Positions 11,601-18,528 of a stretch of DNA of 64,000 nucleotides are shown in pieces. Source of the stretch: a virus. Taxonomy: Duplodnaviria; Caudoviricetes. A program made the translations under genes and the position numbers. The stretch spans positions 8,923 to 72,922 of IMG/VR virus record IMGVR_UViG_3300002220_003351; one strand, given 5' to 3'. The notes under the pieces are model-generated. The model saw nothing but the letters and a program-made list of their open reading frames with translations. It was not told the origin of the DNA and made no database searches. Every line of letters starts with the position of its first letter. The first letter of the stretch is position 1.

Positions 11601-13289
11601 AAAGAGGTCGTCGAGAAAGGGGTCGAGTTCAACGACCGCAACGAGCGTGCCCTGAGAATGGCCCACGCCATCAGAAACATCGACATGGACCGGCTGGGTG
11701 AGATCCTGGGGATCTCCGCAAAGATCACCCGGTACATCAGCTCTATTAACACGCAATACAACCCCGTGTTCGGTGTGGTCAACTTCATCAGGGACGTGGG
11801 GACCGCCATGCTGAACCTCTCCACGACCCCCATCAGCGGGAAACAAAAAGAGGTCGCCCAGAACTCACTCCCTGCCCTGAGGGCCATCTTCTCCTCCCTG
11901 AGAGGAGGGACCACCAAGTCCGCGTGGGGTGATCTCTGGAGGGAGTTCCAGGAGAGGGGCGGGAGGACCGGGTACAGGGATCTCTTCAGGACCCCCACCG
12001 CGAGAACAGAAGAAATAGAGAAAGAAATCAAGGGTCTTACCAGGGGGCAGGCCATGAAGAAGGGGAGAGTCCTGTTTGATCTTCTCTCCCACTACAACAC
12101 CGCAATGGAGAACGCTGTCCGGCTCTCGGCCTACAAGGCGGGGATTGATTCCGGGATGACCAAGGACGCCGCCGCCGTAATGGCGAAGGAGCTCACGGTC
12201 AACTTCAACCGCAAGGGCCAGATCGCTACCCAGGCAGGGGCAATGTACGCCTTCTTCAACGCTTCCGCTCAGGGTATCTCAAGGATGTACCAGACCCTCG
12301 CGGGGCCTGCCGGAAAGAAGATCATCTACGGGGGGATCACGGTCGGGGTTCTCCAGGCGGCCCTTCTTGCGGCGGCAGGGTTCGATGATGACGAGCCCCC
12401 ACAATTCGTTAGGGAGAGAAACCTCGTCATCCCCACGGGGGGGAAGAGTTATATCACCATCCCCTTCCCTCTGGGGTTCCACTTCCTCCCGAACTTCGGA
12501 AGGATCGTTTCCGAGTGGGCTCTGTCGGGATTCGATAAGCCCCTCGACAGGCTCGGGGACTATGCCGGGGTCCTTGCGGAAGCCTTCAACCCTCTCGGGT
12601 CTTCGGGGGTCTCGTTGCAGACCATCACCCCCACCCCCATCGACCCGCTGGTGGCTCTGGCGGAGAACAAGGACTGGACCGGGAAGCCGATCGCCCGACA
12701 GGACTATAGCCAGCTCTCCCCCACTCCGGGGTTCACAAGGGCCAAGGACTCCGCAACGGTCTTCGGGAAGGCGTTTTCCTGGGCGCTCAACATGCTCTCC
12801 GGGGGGACCAAGTACAAACCCGGCCTCTTCAGCCCCACCCCGGACCAGATAGACTACCTCGGGGGCCAGCTCCTTGGGGGCGTGGGGAGGGAACTCGGGA
12901 AGGCGGAACAATTTATTACCGGGGCCGTCACCGGGGAGGAAGTGCCCACCTACAAGATCCCCCTCGCGGGGAGGTTCTTCGGGACCACCGAGGGATCCAC
13001 CCAGGAGAGGTCGAGGTTCTTCACCAACATCAAGGAGATGAACAAGCACGAGAACGAGATCAAGGGAAGGATGAAATCCGGCCAGCCCATTTCCGGGTAC
13101 TTCAAAGACAACCCTGAGGCGAGGATTTGGAGGGCCGCCAACGCCGTCGAGAACAGCATCTCAAGGCTCAACCAGCAGAAGCGTGCCCTCAAGGAAAGAG
13201 GGGCCTCCAAGGTCTCTATGGAGACCTTGGACAAGCTCATCTACTCCAAGATGAAGAACTTCAACGAGCGCTACGAGGCCCTCAGATGA
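5694..13289 (+). CDS. Large polyvalent protein (probably injected): hydrophobic N-terminus, P/A/E linker, HExxH zincin, three ADP-ribosyltransferase-like modules, LPD38-like C-terminus
   Basis: 2531 aa; HEAIH at 7986-8000; GPVYHG...YLSMKNPL...SADPVTYDDQGNVIPLSERF (ART-PolyVal-like); ENAVRLSAY...KELTVNFNRKG...YAFFNA (LPD38-like). Confidence 0.85.
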   Translation: MAEDYTWLQPLRPETEEEAPPEASSLFRRGVVDPLVGLAKGTIVGIPETVIGLANIPTLGYAGKAVEAGMRGVGLRTLPEMEEAMTGLLTPETRQAQKEVQETKGFFPTVGAALQRPSTIAQVVAESIPSMAVGARVAGAALGVGAQGISKAERLRRGIMAGGIGEGAITAGQNIESIRQQTEEGVLTPEQVAIGAVSGALTGAIGMASGKFAKWLKLEDFDTLLTGARSGVVGGDAKNVFKKIIVNAFREGVIEELPQSLQEQIAENIALGKPIDDNVMEQGAMGMLAGFAQGAGAQIAGDLLDRVKRKDPVDEAIDKMIAETDPEMAAMVNPPVIPETPKAPAAPAPEAVPPAAPIQEAPVALVAPEAPAKTPVETVPVTQEAEAPAPEAITPVEQPAEGQVSPPAEVPPVEDQVTRDAAATHPAEYTKGREDIAKVIASSGVETAAAQIDAYKKGVQNWIAQNGEPNEKVKGTIAMIKGMEDALVSPATIAEQPAGETLAPKTATAPSETPIAPGAEIAPQEAVSKEIPPQEARTPAETAVGMAPEEKAVPEAKTALEQAVPEIPALLQKSDEHYARAKALMNSTDPKDQALAQQELAAGAKTFAQWRKENPNTPDPREGQGTQMVREKISQAKTLKATLKANQEGVDKQLKEKVITPEVHDAVSKINKKLERLKLNVPVRYAKAATRTDEGDSIVIDANTKEGAQVLRKQGWSEDRINKAKEVGYVARISAETVRHEDSPGGPVRQEVILYDQSESVDARHEAIHVLVGAGILDPGPAPRGVTERAHEERFVDQVLKDIESGKVDFETLGEAQAQAKPKTSTKAKESLKRIRLEAKRSLEVEANITTVSSEEKIAKRLAAGDRYLAAIDRKILDLNNRGSELLATDQEGAQKLFSQAIRLQKQVLGDQFSQIEGLTDLVFKEGHGRYEGGGEATLVIQAKVPEEKTGLFKAILAREGITHDQNAVYVSYNIDVTEPEGWDQSQYPSTIFYFEKRLTPRESELIIQLMTESGIGGSTYLPADMTLTLKHIKEYDPEAVEWEKKIDSFIDKMKASGIQHRHSRIWQKIDDIRRDDYEGLVRKHAAEIAHTIARGRIRQEARGYPDVPGGEGRPLQEAGDYYGRGGGYIREAASTGPGPGRSVGKPSGLSEKDIREGRYSVQISKQEALKKKIILKKDPSAGSPVDFKNKDVILTHWSKEPNLTKTDPEKHGTGYSGAERKSKDAYPNLWIQKTYAGYGTYEAEEGLGPHRYQIDIKGNDLYDIWEDPLKLDPSADEVRKMGYYTAAAQHLIHEQRIRQLGFKGFVSTPHNVAAIYEPVSVQKVEPATETLPQKESRYSVSPEQGKGTVGDKQAEYAEKFKGDYQFDPETQVLIGSRYPTVVPRYFYHRPPSELKEGIKAYKNRNADGSSEYIDKAFGAPASDNIVWLSRQPDYGKTSSLRIDLAQLDPANLRDTGQAEGNIWHRGDIPESAIVRQSPEQGKGDAAYLKAVKSGDMETAQKMVDEAAREAGYKIGPVYHGAGEKFNQFDTRGGGWFISSKKEAAEYGNGEDIVSAYLSMKNPLTMTHKENATYGAELAERKARRLGNDGVIIPANKEFAEENVYTEAEHDVYVALSPEQIKSADPVTYDDQGNVIPLSERFNEKSPDVRYSIKTTLSNAIAYMTGKSQTPVSSTTQSASWDTPQKTKMSDMVYSIFDKQIDMREVVKNIKAYLGSIKEDIDPSQKETLFHGRVATKSEDFIRDEFHPLIEDMAAKKVDLEEFETYLWNRHAEEANNYVASINQNMPDKGSGIATQDARDYLAALDPKKRMVYAALAKRVDAILEKNAQILLDEGLESKSTIDRWKKAYRHYVPLFREDLEGRLGTGTGFSVTGASSKGRHGSTRPVANILANIAEQRDRYIVRSEKNRIAKALYGLAKLNPNEEFWRLARPTIETHTDIDTGLTVKIAGLGYKQRDNVVMHREIDPKTKEVVEKGVEFNDRNERALRMAHAIRNIDMDRLGEILGISAKITRYISSINTQYNPVFGVVNFIRDVGTAMLNLSTTPISGKQKEVAQNSLPALRAIFSSLRGGTTKSAWGDLWREFQERGGRTGYRDLFRTPTARTEEIEKEIKGLTRGQAMKKGRVLFDLLSHYNTAMENAVRLSAYKAGIDSGMTKDAAAVMAKELTVNFNRKGQIATQAGAMYAFFNASAQGISRMYQTLAGPAGKKIIYGGITVGVLQAALLAAAGFDDDEPPQFVRERNLVIPTGGKSYITIPFPLGFHFLPNFGRIVSEWALSGFDKPLDRLGDYAGVLAEAFNPLGSSGVSLQTITPTPIDPLVALAENKDWTGKPIARQDYSQLSPTPGFTRAKDSATVFGKAFSWALNMLSGGTKYKPGLFSPTPDQIDYLGGQLLGGVGRELGKAEQFITGAVTGEEVPTYKIPLAGRFFGTTEGSTQERSRFFTNIKEMNKHENEIKGRMKSGQPISGYFKDNPEARIWRAANAVENSISRLNQQKRALKERGASKVSMETLDKLIYSKMKNFNERYEALR
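9716..10144 (+). repeat. 21-bp direct repeat pair ATCCCCGGAACAGGGTAAGGG (9716-9736 and 10124-10144) flanking one ART-like module
   Basis: Exact copies read from the sequence; both encode SPEQGKG. Confidence 0.9.
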
Positions 13290-14520
13290 CCCCGTTGTAG
13301 AGCCTCCCGTCCCCCACCTTCCGCATGATCTTGTGGACGAGGCTCTTGAAGTTGCCGTGGGTTAATTCCTCCACCTTAGGGAGGTACCTCGCCTCCACAC
13401 ACAGGGCGAACACCTTTTGGAGGCACTCAAGCTGCTCCTTGTGTTCTTTGGGGATGTTCAGAAAGCTGGTGTCGAAGAAAGATTCCGTGATGTCCGAGTA
13501 GTCCCCCGTGTAAAACCCTTTCTCCTTGCAGTAGTCCCCCAGATTCGTCCCGGGGTACGGGGAGAAGATCGAGCACCATCCGTAGGCCGGTTGGCAGAGG
13601 ACGTTGACCTCAAGGGTCTCAAGGTCCTCCTCTATCGTGGCCGTGGGGAGCCCGATCATGTTCTGGATCATGAGCCTTATGTTCCACTTCTTGAGGAACC
13701 TCGCTGCCTCACGGGCGCTCTCCAGGGTTACATCCGTCCTATTAAGGAGTTTTCTGAGCCTCGTGCTTGCGGCCTCAAGGGCTATCCTGACGCTGAAGCA
13801 CCCGGCGTCGTGGAGCAGGAGAACCCTCTCCTCGGTGACCTGGCTGGGCCTGAGGTGGCAGTGAAAGGGGATGTTGACCCTCGATCGGTACTTCGGGGAG
13901 AACTCCTTGAGCCATTTCATCGAGGTTCCGAAGCAGGAATCCTGAAAGTAAACGAATTCCATCCCTTCGATGTCGCAGATTTCCTCTATTACGCTCTTAA
14001 CGCTTCTGAGTCTTACCCTTGGAATCTCGGGGAACATCTTGGCCCATCTGTCAGAATAGCAATAATTACAAGCACCTGGACAACCCCGGGAAGCGATGAA
14101 GTCCCTGATCTTCATGTTCGGGAAGTCCGTCCTGTCCGGGTACGGGATCGAGTCGAGGTTCGGGTACTTAGCCGGGGACCCCAGAAGCTCCGCAAAACCT
14201 TGCTCCGCTTCGCCCTTGAAAACAATGTTGAAGTCATCTCCGAAGTCCTCCGGGAAGAAGGTTGCATGGGGGCCTCCGGCGATAATGACCGGGGGGTTAT
14301 TCCTCGTTTTGATCTCACGGGCGATATCTTTGACCATCACCTGATTGCCTGTCATCACCGAGAACCCGACGATGTCCGGCTTCCATTTCTTCTCCTCTGC
14401 CAGGACATCCTTGAACTCGACGATCCTGCACTCATGTCCCGCCTGTTTCGCCACCGCAGAGAGATACATCGGACCCAGAGTCTCCATCTTTTTGGACTTC
14501 ACCGCCAGCAGGACTCTCAT
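13282..14520 (-). CDS. B12-binding radical SAM enzyme (class B methyltransferase-like)
   Basis: N-terminal cobalamin-binding Rossmann region (PDIVGFS...AGGPHAT); CPGACNYC CxxxCxxC motif; AGGAGG RBS. Confidence 0.9.
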   Translation of the reverse strand: MRVLLAVKSKKMETLGPMYLSAVAKQAGHECRIVEFKDVLAEEKKWKPDIVGFSVMTGNQVMVKDIAREIKTRNNPPVIIAGGPHATFFPEDFGDDFNIVFKGEAEQGFAELLGSPAKYPNLDSIPYPDRTDFPNMKIRDFIASRGCPGACNYCYSDRWAKMFPEIPRVRLRSVKSVIEEICDIEGMEFVYFQDSCFGTSMKWLKEFSPKYRSRVNIPFHCHLRPSQVTEERVLLLHDAGCFSVRIALEAASTRLRKLLNRTDVTLESAREAARFLKKWNIRLMIQNMIGLPTATIEEDLETLEVNVLCQPAYGWCSIFSPYPGTNLGDYCKEKGFYTGDYSDITESFFDTSFLNIPKEHKEQLECLQKVFALCVEARYLPKVEELTHGNFKSLVHKIMRKVGDGRLYNGVI

Positions 14521-14777
14521 TGTTCCTCCTCAGGAAATAGAATCGAAAACCCTTCTCGAAGACTTTGTTCGTTGATTATGGAGAGCGGCTTTAATCTGAT
14601 GCTCTTCTGGTAGACCGAGACAACCTTGCCGGAACAAATGATGTATTCCGCCTTGCATGACCTGCACGCCACCTGGATCCCGTCTATGGTCTCCCGGAGG
14701 GTCGTGTTGATGTTTCCACTCAAGTGGAGAGTCTCGTCGGACTCTATGTCTTCACTCCCGCAGAAGTGGCACCTCAT
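14517..14777 (-). CDS. Small zinc-ribbon protein
   Basis: CHFC...CRSC; ATGA overlaps with neighbours. Confidence 0.65.
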   Translation of the reverse strand: MRCHFCGSEDIESDETLHLSGNINTTLRETIDGIQVACRSCKAEYIICSGKVVSVYQKSIRLKPLSIINEQSLREGFSILFPEEEQ

Positions 14778-15181
14778 TGGACGACCTTTATCCCGGTGAT
14801 TTCAGACATTCTTTCGTCAATGAACCGGTGGATCTCGCAGCAGCATTTCCCCTCGCTGTTGATTTGGGCCGACCCCACCCAGGCATAGGGGATCATGTCG
14901 TTCTGGGCGGGCCTCATCAGGTATATGAAGAACCCGTTGAGCTGCGGCGCTCTCTCGTCCGTGTGCTCGGTCATCAGAATACCGAGGGAGTTCATCTGGT
15001 CCGGAATGTCATCCCGGGTGACATCAACCCCTAATGTCTTAAGGACAGAGTCTATCCCCGCCTCAAGGACCTCGACGGCCTTGTGGGCCGGGGAGTCCTT
15101 GACTTGGACCTTCTTGAGCATCCGGGCGCACAGCTCATCCTCGGATACCTCAAACCACGCTTTCTCGACCTTGTCGCTCAT
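14774..15181 (-). CDS. Hypothetical protein
   Basis: GGAGG RBS and ATG at 15181 overlapping the upstream stop; in frame with track ORF 14774..15307. Confidence 0.65.
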   Translation of the reverse strand: MSDKVEKAWFEVSEDELCARMLKKVQVKDSPAHKAVEVLEAGIDSVLKTLGVDVTRDDIPDQMNSLGILMTEHTDERAPQLNGFFIYLMRPAQNDMIPYAWVGSAQINSEGKCCCEIHRFIDERMSEITGIKVVQ

Positions 15182-16368
15182 AGCACCTCCAAACGCGGGA
15201 TTGCCGTTACGAATTTCGCTTTCCATTTCCGAATGTAGGATAACTGTTCCATGATCTCCTCTTTGAGGTTCCAAGGGAGTATGAGGACATATTCCGGGAG
15301 AGTGCACTTTATGCGGCTTTCCCCGAGAACCGGGATATGGCTTCCCGGGAGATATTTCCCCTGCTTGTGGGGGGATTTGTCCACCACGGAATGGATAAGG
15401 TCCCTGTTGATCCGGCAGTAGTTAAGGAGGGTGTTCCCTTTGGCCGGGGCTCCATAGGCAACAATCTCTGCCCCGTTTGTAACCAGAAACCTCAGAAGAT
15501 CACGGCGGATGTTTTCGGCCCTGTGCTGTAAAAACTTAGCCCTGGCCAAAGTGTCCGATTCCTTCCTGAGGACCCTTTTTATGTTCTTTAAGGGTTTCCT
15601 CTCCCCCTCGTGGCAGGCGTAGATTCTAAGGCTTCCCCCGTGTTCCGGGATCTCGTCGACATCGAACACCGTCAGCCTATGTTTCTTGAAGATCTTCATG
15701 ATGATATCGAGGCTGAAGTAGTTGTAGTGCTCATGATAGATCGTGTCGAACTGGTTGTATCTCACGAGGTTCATCAGGTGCGGGAACTCGGCGGTGATAA
15801 TCCCTTCAGGGGCGAGGGCGATCTTCATCCCCTCCACGAAGTCGTTGATGTCCGGCTGATGGGCGATGGTATTGATAGAGCAGATGAGGTCGGCCACAGG
15901 GAATAAATTGCCCTCAATGCCAACAAAATCACAACCAAAGAACCGCTTTACCGTGTTTATCCCCTTTGATTCTGCGATGGAAGCGGGTCCTTCCGCAGGC
16001 TCAAAACCGAGCACCCCGCACCCCATCTGCTTGAACCATTGAAGCATATACCCGTCATTGCTTCCGATCTCCACGACACGCTTGATGTGCGGGAATCTCT
16101 CAAGGATCATCTCCGCAAACTCTTTCGCATGGGACACATTTGAAGGGGACTGAGAGGAGAAATAGGGGTAGTCCTCCCTGAAGATCTCGGAGGCCTTCTT
16201 CATCTCCGGAATCTGGACCAGCCCGCAGGCACAAACATAGACCTTCAGCGGGTAGTAGATTTCCGGCTCCTCCAGTTGCTCCTTCGTCAGGAATGAGTTG
16301 GCCGGGGGCTGGTGGCCAAGGTCTATGAAGACATCCCTTAATGTCTTGTGGCAGAACCTGCACTTCAT
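15178..16368 (-). CDS. NDP-hexose C-methyltransferase (TylCIII/EryBIII-like) with N-terminal Zn-binding domain
   Basis: CRFC...DLGHQPPANSFL...PLKVYVC; VVEIGSNDG; YHEHYNYFS; YGAPAKGNTLLN. Confidence 0.9.
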   Translation of the reverse strand: MKCRFCHKTLRDVFIDLGHQPPANSFLTKEQLEEPEIYYPLKVYVCACGLVQIPEMKKASEIFREDYPYFSSQSPSNVSHAKEFAEMILERFPHIKRVVEIGSNDGYMLQWFKQMGCGVLGFEPAEGPASIAESKGINTVKRFFGCDFVGIEGNLFPVADLICSINTIAHQPDINDFVEGMKIALAPEGIITAEFPHLMNLVRYNQFDTIYHEHYNYFSLDIIMKIFKKHRLTVFDVDEIPEHGGSLRIYACHEGERKPLKNIKRVLRKESDTLARAKFLQHRAENIRRDLLRFLVTNGAEIVAYGAPAKGNTLLNYCRINRDLIHSVVDKSPHKQGKYLPGSHIPVLGESRIKCTLPEYVLILPWNLKEEIMEQLSYIRKWKAKFVTAIPRLEVL

Positions 16369-17441
16369 ATTATCGCCTCCAATAGATCAAGTTTCCCTTG
16401 GTAATCGTCAATATCATCGTCCGTGGCAATGATTCCATGCTCGTAATAGGCCCGGTACCAATCTATCGTCGTTTCCACCGCTTCCTCCATGGTCCTGATG
16501 GGCCTCCACCCGAGGAGCTTTCTGGACTCCGTGGAGTCAATCTTCAGGAGATATTGCATATGCGGGTGGGTGGGGGTGTTGTCTACTTCCCATTGGATCT
16601 TGGGCCACACACTTCTGGCTGTCCGGAGGACCTCAAGGACGCTCATTTCCCCGTCCGGGCCGAAGTTCCATGCCCGGTTGACATCCTGTCCCATTAAGAT
16701 CTTCTCCCCCAGGATGAGATACCCGGACAGCGCCTCCATCACATGCTGGAAAGGCCTCGTGGCGTTTGGGGTGTGGACGATGACCGTCTCTCCTTTGGAC
16801 GTTGCCCTCACGATATCGGGGATGAGCCTCTTGTAACTCCAATCTCCCCCACCGATCACATTCCCGGCCCTTGCGGTAGCGATGTTCATCCCGAATGACT
16901 CCCTGTAACACCTTATCACCTGTTCCACGCAGACCTTTGAGGCCGAATACGGGTCCACCCCTCCGAGTTCGTCTACCTCCCGGTATCCCCATGACCATTC
17001 CTTGTTCTCATAGATCTTGTCGGTGCTGATCACGACGACCCCTTTGACGCTGGGCGTCTTCCGGCAGGCCTCAAGGATGTTCACCGCCCCCATGACATTG
17101 TTCTCGAAAGTCTCCCGGGGTTCCGTAAAGGTCCGGGCGACGATGGCACGAGCGGCGAGATGGATCACAAGGTCGGGCCTATCGAAGCCTAACACCTTAC
17201 CGAGCAATCCGAAGTTCAGAAGATCCTGCCCCGGCATTAAATGAAGATCGGGAAGGTCATTTGACTTATAATTTATCGGATTCCCGAGGAGCTCGTGGTG
17301 ATTGGGAACAGTATTTGGCATGTGTCCGTACCCAGTAACCTCTGCCCCCAGCCTCTTGAGCCAATGGCAAAGCCAGCTACCTTTATATCCCGCGTGGCCG
17401 GTAACCAAGACCTTCTTCCCTCTGTAGATTTCAAACATCAC
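16365..17441 (-). CDS. rfbG: CDP-glucose 4,6-dehydratase
   Basis: VLVTGHAGYKGSWL; STDKIYEN; DPYSASK; ARAGNVIGGGDW; TRPFQHV. Confidence 0.92.
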   Translation of the reverse strand: MMFEIYRGKKVLVTGHAGYKGSWLCHWLKRLGAEVTGYGHMPNTVPNHHELLGNPINYKSNDLPDLHLMPGQDLLNFGLLGKVLGFDRPDLVIHLAARAIVARTFTEPRETFENNVMGAVNILEACRKTPSVKGVVVISTDKIYENKEWSWGYREVDELGGVDPYSASKVCVEQVIRCYRESFGMNIATARAGNVIGGGDWSYKRLIPDIVRATSKGETVIVHTPNATRPFQHVMEALSGYLILGEKILMGQDVNRAWNFGPDGEMSVLEVLRTARSVWPKIQWEVDNTPTHPHMQYLLKIDSTESRKLLGWRPIRTMEEAVETTIDWYRAYYEHGIIATDDDIDDYQGKLDLLEAII

Positions 17442-17641
17442 ACTGCTCCTTTCATTACCCTTAGCCGTCGGCCGTCCACCGTTCCTTTCCAGTAATCCTC
17501 AACCTCAAATCCAAGGGCCTTTAGGATCTCGATCAGCTGCTCTACCGTGACAGTTTGCCCGGAAATAATGACTGCCCGCTGCTGATGCGCTTCCTTGCGG
17601 GGCTCCGGGTGCCCTGGTATGTCAAAATCCGGTGTCATCAT
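17438..17641 (-). CDS. Hypothetical small protein
   Basis: 67 aa; 4-bp overlaps with both neighbours. Confidence 0.55.
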   Translation of the reverse strand: MMTPDFDIPGHPEPRKEAHQQRAVIISGQTVTVEQLIEILKALGFEVEDYWKGTVDGRRLRVMKGAV

Positions 17642-18528
17642 CCCCCCCTTGCGTCAAGATAGATCTTGTCCATGCTCGATAGGAGCACCTGGCAGTTCTT
17701 GCAGCAGCCTATGTCGGTGATCCTCCCTTCCAGCATCATATTTCTGAACCTCTGGAACTTGAAGTTGTTGTAGATCTTCATGGGGTCGGTCTTGAAGACG
17801 TTCCCCCGGACCCTCATGTCCCCGCAGCAGAGGATCACATCCCCGTTGATGAAGAGGAGCATCCGGTTCAAAAGGTCCGGGCAGATCTGTTTTGTCTCCC
17901 CGAAGGCGGCGATCCTATTGAGCCTCTCCTGGCGCTTCTCCTCGACCTCGGTTCCCCAGACATCGTAACAGGCCACCTGGTCCCCGAACTTTTTTGAGAG
18001 CACTCCCCTCCAGATCTCGCTGTATTCAGGCCACTCCTCCCTGTTGATATCCTGGCGGATCATCCTCATGATGATCTTGGTATTTCCGCAAGAGTTCCTC
18101 AGGTTGATAAACCTGACGATATTCTCCATGACCTTGCCGTAATCCACCTTCCTGATCTTTTCGTGAGACTCTTTGAACCCGTCCACCGAAAAAATGATCG
18201 TGTCGAGTCCGGCCGCCATAAGATGGTGAGCCATGCGTGCGTCCACATGAGTGGCGTTTGTGGCGAACCCCACCCCCTTGAACCCCCGGGCCTTTGCCTC
18301 CCGTACCTTGGTGATGATCGTGGGGTCCAAAAGTGTCTCCCCCAGCCCCTGGAGGTTGAGGTACTTGAGCCTGTCCACATAGGGCTCGAAAGCCTCCAGG
18401 ATCCTTATGAAGTCCTTCACGCTCATCACCCCCTTCCGGGGGGACTCCTTGATGTTGCACATGACGCAGTTGGCGCTGCACTTCCCGGCGAGGGTCTCGA
18501 TCTGTAGATACTCTGGGAAATAAATCAT
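17638..18528 (-). CDS. Radical SAM protein with SPASM/twitch domain
   Basis: CSANCVMC; GLGETLLDP; C-terminal CPDL...GDVILCC...CKNC. Confidence 0.9.
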   Translation of the reverse strand: MIYFPEYLQIETLAGKCSANCVMCNIKESPRKGVMSVKDFIRILEAFEPYVDRLKYLNLQGLGETLLDPTIITKVREAKARGFKGVGFATNATHVDARMAHHLMAAGLDTIIFSVDGFKESHEKIRKVDYGKVMENIVRFINLRNSCGNTKIIMRMIRQDINREEWPEYSEIWRGVLSKKFGDQVACYDVWGTEVEEKRQERLNRIAAFGETKQICPDLLNRMLLFINGDVILCCGDMRVRGNVFKTDPMKIYNNFKFQRFRNMMLEGRITDIGCCKNCQVLLSSMDKIYLDARGG

